Source: an uncultured virus (IMG/VR IMGVR_UViG_3300021957_000006)
Lineage: Duplodnaviria > Heunggongvirae > Uroviricota > Caudoviricetes
DNA: 58,799 nt
IMG/VR virus record: IMGVR_UViG_3300021957_000006
Reading direction: 5' to 3' (one strand)
Shown here piece by piece: positions 36,836-45,652 of the stretch. Numbering within the stretch: position 1 is the stretch's first letter; each line of letters begins with the position of its first letter. The notes below the pieces were generated by a model that was not told the origin of the DNA, made no database searches, and worked only from the letters and a program-made list of their open reading frames with translations. A program made the translations under genes and the position numbers.

Positions 36836-37229
36836 TAGCTTTATCTAATTTAGCGTTAGAGTTACCTCTTTTACGCTCTTGTTCAAGTTTACGCATCTTG
36901 GGAAGTAGCTTTTTAGCCATTCTATCAATGCGGGGTTTCATTTTCTCTAGACGCTTTTCTATTTCTTGTTTTCTAGAAAAGGATAGAGAGCTGTAGTCAG
37001 CCTTTGCAAGTTTCTTTGCAAGCATATTACGAGCCTGTTTACGTGCTCGTTTAGCTAAACGCTTAGGATCAGCTGTTCTTCGTTTAGCCTTCTCTCTACC
37101 AATTTTGATACGAGAAGCATACTTTTTCATTTGACGAGACTTCTTTAGTCTTTGCTGCAGTGTAAGAGCTTCGTCTACACTATTTTCGTCGCTATAATCT
37201 TCAGTAAAAAAATGTTTAAATTTTAACAT
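36819..37229 (-). CDS. Probable capsid-targeted basic helical protein
   Basis: MLKFKHFFTED N-terminus; VDE|ALT..QR.K; very K/R-rich. Confidence 0.65.
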   Translation of the reverse strand: MLKFKHFFTEDYSDENSVDEALTLQQRLKKSRQMKKYASRIKIGREKAKRRTADPKRLAKRARKQARNMLAKKLAKADYSSLSFSRKQEIEKRLEKMKPRIDRMAKKLLPKMRKLEQERKRGNSNAKLDKAIAKND

Positions 37230-38459
37230 CTAACTTCTTCCTGGTTTGTCCCATCCCTTTAATATATCCTTGCTGAAGTTGTTATACGAAAATTCCATTC
37301 GATCAACAATTTTTACAGCATCACCACCAATTTTGTCAATTGCAACGTAACCTTCTTCTCCGGTTACCTTGTATCCATTTTTAGTTTTAACAAAGGTTCC
37401 CACCTTGCTTAATTTATTAAGACTATTTATAAGTTTAAGTTTCGCCAATACTATAACTTTTTGTAAGTCAAACATATATTTAAGACTAGTTTTATTTCTT
37501 GCAGAGAAAAAATTTAATATCTCATCAAGCTTTTTTTGTTGAGCAGCCTTACCTTTATCACTCTTACGCTTATCTATCTCTTTTTTATATCTATTGCTGA
37601 TCCATTTGATAAGGGCGGTGACATGTCGGTTGGTATCTCCAATGACCTGGCCTTCTCTGACGAAGGTGTTGTTAAACTGTTCCACGAGACGGGCAAGCTC
37701 TTTATTGGATTCCAATTGTCGTAAAGTTGATCCTGCGATCTTGTTGAAGATAAAACCTGCTTGCGAAAGATATTCATTAACAATTTCAGTATCCTTTTTA
37801 CTCATTGTCATATTAGTTAAATCTCTTAACATTGCGTCTTGTGACCACACAGCTCTGGTTGATTTAAGCTTGGATACGTCAACTCCGTACGAAGCTCGCA
37901 TAGACTCGAAGGTGTTACCTTTATAGGTTGTGTGCCACACAATACCAATTTTTGCTGACTTAACAGCCTTAGCTCCATCCGACTTAGCTGGCAGCGCATA
38001 GACGATAGTATTTGGATGAAATGTAACATACTTTTCCCCTTTAATAGTAGCAGTAGATAAGTCACTTTTACTAAAGAGAAAATCACCTTGAATAACTCCT
38101 TTGATACCTAAAGCTGGAAGATACTTAAGAGCGTCTTTAAGTTTAACTGCAAGATCACCAGAAGTGTCAGCGTCCACGTCAGCATTAGACTTATAAACCT
38201 TAGGATTCTTATTGAAGATTCCTTTCTTAGCAACAAAGAAATTGCCATCGCGGGGATCAATGCCAGCAAAGATGGCAGGTGCCCCGTCCCATTTAACACT
38301 GACAGATCCATCATGTTCTCCTCTTAACATATCTCTAAGTGAACGTAAAGCTAATATTGCTTCTCTAGTTCCTTTCACACCACCGTAGATAACTTTATCT
38401 TCGATATGAGTCATATGAGTGTTTTTAGACTCTGTGATATAATTTTTAAAATTGTCCAT
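37230..38459 (-). CDS. Conserved phage protein with ligase-type covalent nucleotidyltransferase motifs
   Basis: SVKWDGAP (motif I KxDG), VIQGDFLF (III), EEGYVA (IV), AVKIVDR (V); N-terminal MDNFKNYITES and HMTHIED. Confidence 0.6.
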   Translation of the reverse strand: MDNFKNYITESKNTHMTHIEDKVIYGGVKGTREAILALRSLRDMLRGEHDGSVSVKWDGAPAIFAGIDPRDGNFFVAKKGIFNKNPKVYKSNADVDADTSGDLAVKLKDALKYLPALGIKGVIQGDFLFSKSDLSTATIKGEKYVTFHPNTIVYALPAKSDGAKAVKSAKIGIVWHTTYKGNTFESMRASYGVDVSKLKSTRAVWSQDAMLRDLTNMTMSKKDTEIVNEYLSQAGFIFNKIAGSTLRQLESNKELARLVEQFNNTFVREGQVIGDTNRHVTALIKWISNRYKKEIDKRKSDKGKAAQQKKLDEILNFFSARNKTSLKYMFDLQKVIVLAKLKLINSLNKLSKVGTFVKTKNGYKVTGEEGYVAIDKIGGDAVKIVDRMEFSYNNFSKDILKGWDKPGRS

Positions 38460-38460
38460 T

Positions 38461-39846
38461 TTATCTCGATTCTACTTTCACGTATACTGAAGCGTCAGAG
38501 CTTTTAGACCCTGCATAATTAATTAGATGAGAAACAAATTTGTCTCTTTGTGTTCTATTAGATCTCATAAGAGCATCTGCAATGTAAGTAATACCTAAGT
38601 TAGCATGAATACGGCCACCGTCTGATTCAGCAATACCAGACATGAACTCGTCTTTTTTAATATCGCGATGAATCTTAGATAACATTTTATAAAAAGCTTC
38701 TGCTTTTCTATTATTTTTGCCACCCACCATACTACGAGCATCTGCTACTAGTTGCTTGTTAGTAGGAAGAGTTTTATTCATATGAACTTTAGCAGCGTAT
38801 TCAATTTGTTGATATCCAGCTCTACCACCTCGTGCACCTTTACCTTGTATCTCTACATTAAGAGCAGCAAAGTTAGCAGGCGCTCTCATATCCATTTTAC
38901 GTGCCCCATCAAAGAAAATAAATCCATATTTTGATTTCCAGAATGTAGACCCATCTGACTTTAGCTTAACAGCAGAGAACTTATGCACATCTTGTTGTGC
39001 TGCAGTAAGGTTATATTCTGTATGCTTAGCTTTCTTTTTAAGACTATTAACTTGCTTTAAAGAAATACCTATAACCTTTTTTTCTTGATAAGCTTTGATT
39101 AATGAAGCATTAAGAGTCTCAATGGAAGAGTCATCTAAAATAGAGTTAATATTAACTCCTCTCTCTACCGCCCATATGTCACCTGGATTCCATTTATCAT
39201 CTGTTAGTACTGGCTTTCCGCTTTTCTTAAACGCTGTCTTTTTCATATTATAGATTTTCTTCATAACAGAAGAGCCTCTATGAAAGATATGCTTTTTGTT
39301 TACAAATTTTTTATCTATTAGATATTCTGCAGATACATATGCTGAGTAATGCCATGCAGGATCAATCTTCATAATTTCTACAAAGGAAGCATCTACATCA
39401 ATATCATTGTAAGAGTCTTTTAGCAGTTCTGGAGTAAAATGAGGGAAGTCTGGTTTACCTCTTTCTCTCAACATAGCTGCAAGGTACAAGCATTGCAACG
39501 ATTCACCTTTAGCGGTGTTACCAGTTGCTCCTTGTCCTTTACCTTTACCTCCAAAGGGAGGAGATTTACCAATCTTATTACTCTCTACAGTGCCGCTTTT
39601 AAGATCCAGTACAAATGTTGCGGAAGGACCTGATGGACCTGCTTTAATAAAATCGTCTATCCTATCAATATTAGTTTTATTATTTTTAATATGGAGATCT
39701 TTCCCGTTAACATCACTTACAGGGTCACCATCTTTAATAATATCTTTAAGCTTGTTTAAGCGGTCATTACCATATTTGAACCACTCACCACGTGACATGC
39801 TTCCAAACATAGTAGCCTCCGTTATAAAAGATTTAAAACTCTTCAT
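38461..39846 (-). CDS. Putative PD-(D/E)xK restriction-like nuclease with capsid-targeting N-terminus
   Basis: MKSFKSFITEA; GESLQC...DKWNPGDIW...IGISLKQ. Confidence 0.5.
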   Translation of the reverse strand: MKSFKSFITEATMFGSMSRGEWFKYGNDRLNKLKDIIKDGDPVSDVNGKDLHIKNNKTNIDRIDDFIKAGPSGPSATFVLDLKSGTVESNKIGKSPPFGGKGKGQGATGNTAKGESLQCLYLAAMLRERGKPDFPHFTPELLKDSYNDIDVDASFVEIMKIDPAWHYSAYVSAEYLIDKKFVNKKHIFHRGSSVMKKIYNMKKTAFKKSGKPVLTDDKWNPGDIWAVERGVNINSILDDSSIETLNASLIKAYQEKKVIGISLKQVNSLKKKAKHTEYNLTAAQQDVHKFSAVKLKSDGSTFWKSKYGFIFFDGARKMDMRAPANFAALNVEIQGKGARGGRAGYQQIEYAAKVHMNKTLPTNKQLVADARSMVGGKNNRKAEAFYKMLSKIHRDIKKDEFMSGIAESDGGRIHANLGITYIADALMRSNRTQRDKFVSHLINYAGSKSSDASVYVKVESR

Positions 39847-39871
39847 GATACTCTCTTAAGATATATGGAAG

Positions 39872-39879
39872 TATTTATA
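39872..39879 (-). promoter_or_regulatory. Late promoter TATAAATA heading the internal-protein operon
   Basis: Exact match 25 nt upstream of the ATG at 39846. Confidence 0.75.
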
Positions 39880-39884
39880 ATGGT

Positions 39885-39905
39885 AAAAAAGGCCCAATGG
39901 GCCTT
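39885..39905 (-). terminator. Intrinsic terminator closing the early unit
   Basis: AAGGCCC-ATT-GGGCC TTTTTT directly after the stop at 39904. Confidence 0.75.
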
Positions 39906-40110
39906 ATTTCGTCTTAATATAAATTGAATCCCTTTTCTTAAGAGCCTTAGCTTGGTATCGCTCATATCCAGAGTCGATAAGATCTTGATTAAGATTAGCT
40001 ACAATCTGAGATATCTGCTTCCAATCTTCTTCTGAACAATCTACACCAAGCAAGTCAGGATCTTTATTACTGTTTACAAGTTTCATTGTACATCCTCTTA
40101 ATAAATTCAT
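39904..40110 (-). CDS. Hypothetical protein
   Basis: Early string ORF; likely start MKLVNS. Confidence 0.55.
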   Translation of the reverse strand: MNLLRGCTMKLVNSNKDPDLLGVDCSEEDWKQISQIVANLNQDLIDSGYERYQAKALKKRDSIYIKTK

Positions 40111-40294
40111 GATAACGTTCTTGAGTCTCTTCAGTAGGAGTCCACTTGTTTCCAGTCAGCTCTGCAATACGTTTATAAGCAGCATACCTAGCAGCAGTCT
40201 CTTCAGCAAGTTGACGTTTGAGTATTTCAATCTGATCAGCTTGCTGGAGAAGAATCTTGCGATTCTTCTCTGCTTCCATTTCATCTGGTAACAT
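40067..40294 (-). CDS. Hypothetical coiled-coil protein
   Basis: AGGAG SD. Confidence 0.6.
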   Translation of the reverse strand: MLPDEMEAEKNRKILLQQADQIEILKRQLAEETAARYAAYKRIAELTGNKWTPTEETQERYHEFIKRMYNETCKQ

Positions 40295-40302
40295 ATTTGC
40301 TC

Positions 40303-40596
40303 CTATACAAAAGCTCTAGGCCGACCTCTTTTACCAGCATAGTTCCACTGGTTATCCTCATACTTGTATTGAGGTTTAGTCATAAGGTATTGACCATATT
40401 CATTAGCTACAATCTGCACCCTATATTTGTGACGGATTTTGCTAATATGTTTACGGATATTAACTCGATTCTGAGTAGTATCAGTTCCATAGATCAACCG
40501 CGCCAGAGTAGCGTTGGTTGGAGTTGACGATTTCAATAAGTAATAAACTTCGTTTAACATGATATAATTCCTTCTATGCTGCGTTAGCAAATTCAA
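40303..40596 (-). CDS. Winged-helix DNA-binding protein (OmpR C-terminal-like)
   Basis: LARLIYG......NIRKHISKIR.K.....I.....GQY. Confidence 0.55.
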   Translation of the reverse strand: MNLLTQHRRNYIMLNEVYYLLKSSTPTNATLARLIYGTDTTQNRVNIRKHISKIRHKYRVQIVANEYGQYLMTKPQYKYEDNQWNYAGKRGRPRAFV

Positions 40597-41545
40597 CTGC
40601 TTTATTAGCAGCTTTAAGTTTACGAGATTGATTGATACCGAACCATGCAGATTGCATGCGAGTATCAGCTGAACGACCCATCTTATGATCTGTAAGATAA
40701 GTCACGGAGTTAAGAGCCTGCCACCAGGTTCCTTCACCATACTGAGCACCAGGCTGAGTATATAACAAGTCCATCGCTGCACGAGCGTTCTTGGACAGAT
40801 CTTCTGCTTTAGTAGGAGCTTCTGCTTGCTTATGAGTGTATGGAAATACTTCGTTATAGTATTGAATAAGAGTCTCAGCAGAGAAGCGACGAGTAGATAA
40901 GAACTCAGCCATTTCTTTATACTGAGCAAACTTCTCTGAAGCAATACCCATTTGCTGCTTAACCATATCAGCGTCAAACTTAGAACGGTGACCAACCTTT
41001 ACAAAGTTCTTAGAAGAAGACTGTAAAGAGAAAGTTAATGTATTATTGCATACAACACGAATGGGAGTAAACCTAACGTCAACAGCCTTACCATATTCGT
41101 GAGGATTGCTAAACAGTAGATAGGAGTCGACTTGGTCTTGTCCAAGGATATCAAAAGACTCTTTAACTTTAGCGAGGGCAAATACATTCTTTCCACCTTT
41201 CAAAGATCCAGCAGTATTCATTTCCATATCACCAGCAAGTACATACTCACTGAAGAACTCAAACGCTTCTGCGTTCTGAACAGGATTCCAGTCATCACCG
41301 ATAACATCTAGTACTTTACTATCGTGAGAGCGTACCAGAGCATGCTTATTTACTGACTGCAGCTTACCACCACGGTTAGTAAAAGATAGAGGCATTTTCT
41401 CTACTTCCCAATCCAAGCCAGCTTTAGCCATAATCTGACCAGGAGTGAGGTCATTAGAGACCTCTACACCTAAACCATGCCAAGGCTTATCACCAGCATA
41501 TGCCATTTGAGCTTGACCATCGATCATTTCTACTTCATGTGCCAT
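40574..41545 (-). CDS. DUF932 / LGT_TIGR03299 family protein
   Basis: PWHGLG, AGLDWEV, PVQN.EAF.FF, TAGSL.GGK.VF.LA, TPIRVVC.NTL, H, GT.W.A.N.VT...DH. Confidence 0.88.
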   Translation of the reverse strand: MAHEVEMIDGQAQMAYAGDKPWHGLGVEVSNDLTPGQIMAKAGLDWEVEKMPLSFTNRGGKLQSVNKHALVRSHDSKVLDVIGDDWNPVQNAEAFEFFSEYVLAGDMEMNTAGSLKGGKNVFALAKVKESFDILGQDQVDSYLLFSNPHEYGKAVDVRFTPIRVVCNNTLTFSLQSSSKNFVKVGHRSKFDADMVKQQMGIASEKFAQYKEMAEFLSTRRFSAETLIQYYNEVFPYTHKQAEAPTKAEDLSKNARAAMDLLYTQPGAQYGEGTWWQALNSVTYLTDHKMGRSADTRMQSAWFGINQSRKLKAANKAVEFANAA

Positions 41546-41733
41546 TATATAGTTTCCTTCATTTCATTTTCCATACGATTTACATTTGAGATAAGATCAC
41601 TAATAATCATATCCAGTTCAACTTGAATATCAGACTTAGACATTCCAAAAGTATTAGACCGACGCAGCAGGCTAGAAAGCTTCTTCTGCATTACTAGGGT
41701 ATCTTGAATATCAGTCATAATCATCATAATCAT
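41545..41733 (-). CDS. Hypothetical early protein
   Basis: GAGGAG SD; behind an early promoter. Confidence 0.6.
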   Translation of the reverse strand: MIMMIMTDIQDTLVMQKKLSSLLRRSNTFGMSKSDIQVELDMIISDLISNVNRMENEMKETI

Positions 41734-41742
41734 ATCTCCTCA

Positions 41743-41794
41743 TTTGATATCTTATTATAGGATACTTTTGAACTAAGTGCAACTGTTATTTTCA
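41743..41794 (-). promoter_or_regulatory. Early promoter TTGCAC-N17-TATAAT; copy 1 of a ~50-bp direct repeat
   Basis: -35 at 41777-41782, -10 at 41754-41759. Confidence 0.8.
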
Positions 41795-42048
41795 AATAAA
41801 CACTTAGCAATTCGAACGTATTCAGTATTCCAACCCCGTGGAGAACGACTCCAACGAACTGGAGAATCTTCATAACCTAATTCAAACAAAGTTGATTCTA
41901 AATCTTCAGCTTGTTGCTCAGTTACATTCGCAATACAAACATAACGTAACGACTCATCGTTGTATGGTTTATCAGTCCAAGAATAACCAGTCTCAATGCC
42001 TAAGCTCTGAGCAATTTTTCTAACTGTTTTAGTTCCAACTTTTTTCAT
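41773..42048 (-). CDS. Hypothetical early protein flanked by promoter repeats
   Basis: AAGGA SD; C-terminal ENNSCT* is encoded by the repeat itself. Confidence 0.65.
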   Translation of the reverse strand: MKKVGTKTVRKIAQSLGIETGYSWTDKPYNDESLRYVCIANVTEQQAEDLESTLFELGYEDSPVRWSRSPRGWNTEYVRIAKCLFENNSCT

Positions 42049-42063
42049 AGTGTATAATCCTTA

Positions 42064-42115
42064 TTTGATATCTTATTTTAGGCTCTTTTTGAACTAAGTG
42101 CAACTGTTATTTTCA
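42064..42115 (-). promoter_or_regulatory. Early promoter TTGCAC-N17-TAAAAT; copy 2 of the ~50-bp direct repeat
   Basis: -35 at 42098-42103, -10 at 42075-42080. Confidence 0.8.
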
Positions 42116-42349
42116 CATATCTGCATATTTTTTGAACTTATTTCGAAATGCATCGGCATCTTGTTTATACTCAAAATGAAACGTATCTTCATAGTTATCA
42201 GTATACTGACTAAAGTCCCATTGCTGCTTCATAAGTTGAATCTTACAATATTCTTTACCTTGAGAGCGAAGATCTGAATGAAGACGGACAGCATAACCTC
42301 CAGCACGTTGCCAGCGTTGTTTATACTCAAAGATTTCTATAGGTATCAT
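42113..42349 (-). CDS. Hypothetical protein
   Basis: Coupled ORF with SD. Confidence 0.6.
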   Translation of the reverse strand: MIPIEIFEYKQRWQRAGGYAVRLHSDLRSQGKEYCKIQLMKQQWDFSQYTDNYEDTFHFEYKQDADAFRNKFKKYADM

Positions 42350-42546
42350 ACTTGTTCCTTATACAATACAACTTCAGGATTAACTCTTGTCATTCTAAGC
42401 TCAGAATATTCATCTGTATCATACAAACGTTGATAATATTCTCTAGCATGGCGGGTACCAAATCCAGTACCCCATTCCACAAGTTCACGCTTACCTTCCT
42501 TATGCTGATAAGCTTTAATTGTCCATGAATCATTACGCATAATCAT
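42346..42546 (-). CDS. Hypothetical protein
   Basis: Coupled ORF with SD. Confidence 0.6.
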   Translation of the reverse strand: MIMRNDSWTIKAYQHKEGKRELVEWGTGFGTRHAREYYQRLYDTDEYSELRMTRVNPEVVLYKEQV

Positions 42547-42940
42547 ACTCCTTATACTCTACGATAGCAGCTAGATCTTTTACTAGTTGCTTGCCATAAT
42601 CGGTAAACAAGATACCTTGCTCCCAAACAAAATGCTCAACACATTGAACATTATAGAATGTCTCTGTACCAGACATCCACAAAAGAGCGTTAGTGCGATT
42701 ACCAGCACCTAGCTCAATAATATCTTGGATACGAGCTTCAAACTTCTCGATAGCGACTACTTCAGCTGCTTTCTCAGCCTTAGTATTTTCCTCAAGCTCA
42801 TCGCAAAGAGCATTCCAAAGCTCTTGCTTCTGGCGAGGAGTACGATCATTCCAATCGTCCATCAAAGAGCCACGAGGACGGAAACCATTAACGTCCTTGA
42901 AAAGATCTGAGAAGCAATCGTCTGAGTAAGTAAATTCCAT
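42533..42940 (-). CDS. Conserved early phage protein (SDL.KD..GFRPR motif)
   Basis: Motif plus F...I...I..GA..R..AL.W; AAGGAG SD. Confidence 0.7.
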   Translation of the reverse strand: MEFTYSDDCFSDLFKDVNGFRPRGSLMDDWNDRTPRQKQELWNALCDELEENTKAEKAAEVVAIEKFEARIQDIIELGAGNRTNALLWMSGTETFYNVQCVEHFVWEQGILFTDYGKQLVKDLAAIVEYKEYDYA

Positions 42941-42963
42941 TTCATTTCTCCTTATTACACCTT

Positions 42964-42992
42964 ATATTAGTCTCTTTTTGTACTAAGTGCAA
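42964..42992 (-). promoter_or_regulatory. Early promoter TTGCAC-N17-TAATAT
   Basis: Promoter family member with long upstream A-tracts. Confidence 0.75.
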
Positions 42993-43052
42993 CTGTTTTT
43001 TTCAGTTTTTAGGAACTTTTTTTAGTCATATATATAGTGTAAGGGGAATATA

Positions 43053-43559
43053 ATGTTACAGTATAAGTATCGTAAACAACTAGTGATTAATAGAAAATTA
43101 CCTCAATATAAACTTTTAGGGCAATTAGACAATAACTTTATGTTATCTGCAGTTGCTGATTGTAAGACTTCCTTGTCAACTATCGAAGTGACAAAGAAAA
43201 ATAACCACTTTATAAATGAATATAAAGTTCTAAATCATTACGATCAAAAACATACTAAGTTAAAGTTACCTAAGATATTTAATATATTTGGTGAGATCTT
43301 TGATTTACGATATGGCATACTTGAGCCAAATAAGGTAATACCTCCACATATTGATGCTCCAGATGGCCATAGGTTTATAGCTTTACTAGAAGGCAATCAT
43401 ACATATGTAACAAATAATAAGAAAATAAAAATGAACCAAGGGGAGTTATGGTTTATAAATTCGAGCTTCGAACACTCAATAATAAATAGTAACACCCGAA
43501 GAATTGCATTGCTAGGAAAATTTAATAATGTCTCTGAACTACTACGAACAAAAACCTGA
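43053..43559 (+). CDS. 2OG-Fe(II) oxygenase, aspartyl/asparaginyl beta-hydroxylase-like
   Basis: L.P...IPPHID, M..GELWFIN...EHS..N...RRI.L. Confidence 0.75.
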   Translation: MLQYKYRKQLVINRKLPQYKLLGQLDNNFMLSAVADCKTSLSTIEVTKKNNHFINEYKVLNHYDQKHTKLKLPKIFNIFGEIFDLRYGILEPNKVIPPHIDAPDGHRFIALLEGNHTYVTNNKKIKMNQGELWFINSSFEHSIINSNTRRIALLGKFNNVSELLRTKT

Positions 43560-44415
43560 AGATAATACTTTTATTGAAGTGGTTGCTGATGTAACACATA
43601 GATGTAATATGAACTGTAAAAACTGTTATATCCCTAACAGGGATGTTCCAGATATGAATATTAATAAACTAATTGACTGTGTAAGTAAATTTCCAAAACG
43701 TGTAATGGTACGTATTATTGGTGCAGAGCCTACTATGAGAAACGATTTACCGGAAATAATAACAAGAGTTAAAAGCGCAGGACATAAAGTATGTTTACTT
43801 ACAAATGGGTTAAGACTTTCTAAGTCTCATTATTGTCAACAATTAAAAGATGCAGGGTTACGTCATACGTATATTAGTATGAATGGAGTAGATGTAGATG
43901 ATTGGTATGAAGAAATTGATGAATTAAGATGCGCAAGTAAAAAGGTCGCAGCATTACGTAACGCTAAGGCTATGAATTGGGTAATTGATATTGGATGTAT
44001 AATAGTTAAAGGAGTTAACGACGATGCACCAACTCGTATGATTAATCTTCTTAAAGAGTGTGGAATTGAAAATTGTGTAATAAGATTTAAGAATGTAGGA
44101 CAAATAGGAAGATATCTTAAAAGAGAAAATCATACAATGGAATCTCTTACCCAGCTTGTTGCAGATCAGTTTAACCTATCTCTTGATCATATTAAAGAAA
44201 AATCAATACCTATCGAAAAAGAAAGTATACTATTTCCTGTAAATCCTAATGCTAAGTTAGTGTATAAAGGGGGAATATGGATAAAACTTACTAACTGGGA
44301 CTCTGAAGGAAAATACTCTCCTCTACTAGATAGTAAAAGAAGAGGCCGCATAACAGAAGATTTTAAAGTCGCGCCGTTTTTTGAACATGTTAAAATAAAT
44401 GAAGGTGGATATTAA
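43528..44415 (+). CDS. Radical SAM enzyme
   Basis: CNMNCKNC (CxxxCxxC), GAEPT, LLTNGLRL, L.DAGL...YISMNG, GVND. Confidence 0.9.
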   Translation: MSLNYYEQKPEDNTFIEVVADVTHRCNMNCKNCYIPNRDVPDMNINKLIDCVSKFPKRVMVRIIGAEPTMRNDLPEIITRVKSAGHKVCLLTNGLRLSKSHYCQQLKDAGLRHTYISMNGVDVDDWYEEIDELRCASKKVAALRNAKAMNWVIDIGCIIVKGVNDDAPTRMINLLKECGIENCVIRFKNVGQIGRYLKRENHTMESLTQLVADQFNLSLDHIKEKSIPIEKESILFPVNPNAKLVYKGGIWIKLTNWDSEGKYSPLLDSKRRGRITEDFKVAPFFEHVKINEGGY

Positions 44416-44960
44416 TGCATGTTACAGAAGTAACAAGTGATAAAGACATTGAAGTATTATTTTATCAAGCTAGTCAGTACAACCATAGAAATTCTACGAA
44501 TTATAAAAGAGTTGATAGAATACCAGACTTTTTAAAGTTTTATGTTTTGTATGATAAAGAAACTCCTGTTGCGTTTTCTGGCATATATAAATATAATGAT
44601 ATGTGCGTTAGGGTACTTGACTCTACTTTTTATTTTCCAGTACGTAGAATAAAAGGGGGTAATTATTATGGTACTGCAAGTGATTACTTTCTTCCGCTTA
44701 TGACAGAATATGCAATAAAAGAAAATATGACTCCGTTTTTTTCAATACAAAGTGACAGACCTCATAAAAGAAGTATGAAGAGAATTGTACAGAATTTTAA
44801 CGAAAAAAATATTCATCAGTATAAAGTAATAGATGGCTATCATTGGACATGTTTAAAAAAACCTGAACTAGATAATAAAAAATGTTGGCAGACAATTGCA
44901 GTTTGCGGAGAAGAGTTTGTAATATTAGAAACATTGTCTACACGTATAAGGAAAGTATAA
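44415..44960 (+). CDS. GNAT-fold-like hypothetical protein
   Basis: YVLYD...PVAFSGI......RVL..TFY.P..R pattern. Confidence 0.4.
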   Translation: MHVTEVTSDKDIEVLFYQASQYNHRNSTNYKRVDRIPDFLKFYVLYDKETPVAFSGIYKYNDMCVRVLDSTFYFPVRRIKGGNYYGTASDYFLPLMTEYAIKENMTPFFSIQSDRPHKRSMKRIVQNFNEKNIHQYKVIDGYHWTCLKKPELDNKKCWQTIAVCGEEFVILETLSTRIRKV

Positions 44961-45652
44961 TGACAAAGAGACACCCTAGGACTGCAGATACAGACAGATC
45001 TGCAATTTTTAACTCTTTTTTCCCAGAGTTAGAAAACAAGTCGGTTTTAGATTTTGGAGGAAACAGAGGAAACCTTCTTCATTTTCAACCTAATATTAAT
45101 CAATCAAAGTATACTTGTGTTGATATAGATCAAAATTTATTAGATGAAGGTGCTGAAGAATTTACTACAGCTAACTGGGTATATTATAATCGTTGGAACA
45201 TGCATTATAATCCCAGTGGCAATCAAGACGAATCTTTTCCTGAGGTAGAAAAGCATGACTATGTTTGGTCTTTTTCTGTATTCTCTCATACAGCTTTAGA
45301 TGATACTATTCAAAGTATACAGTGGTTAGTTTCTAAAGCTAAAGAAAAAGTAGTTGTAAGCTTCTTAAATTTTGATACAGAGTTTAGACAGTTTTTCTAT
45401 AACAAACGAGTAAGTGCTTTTTCCTCCTGTGAAGATATAGTAAATATGGATTTAACAGGTATTAATAATTTCTACTTAATTAATAATAGTAATGTAATTA
45501 CAAATGAAGACTCATTATCTGCAACAGAAGAAGATAAAATGATACTATCTTTTATTGATTCAGATGTTATAATTAATAGATTAGCTGAGGTAGGAATTAC
45601 TGCTACTGTGACAAAATCATTAGTACCATTCCTAGTTATTGATGTATCTTAA
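44960..45652 (+). CDS. Class I SAM-dependent methyltransferase (start moved to 44960, TAATG overlap)
   Basis: SVLDFGGNRGNLL, YTCVDID, DYVWSFSVFSH. Confidence 0.85.
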   Translation: MTKRHPRTADTDRSAIFNSFFPELENKSVLDFGGNRGNLLHFQPNINQSKYTCVDIDQNLLDEGAEEFTTANWVYYNRWNMHYNPSGNQDESFPEVEKHDYVWSFSVFSHTALDDTIQSIQWLVSKAKEKVVVSFLNFDTEFRQFFYNKRVSAFSSCEDIVNMDLTGINNFYLINNSNVITNEDSLSATEEDKMILSFIDSDVIINRLAEVGITATVTKSLVPFLVIDVS

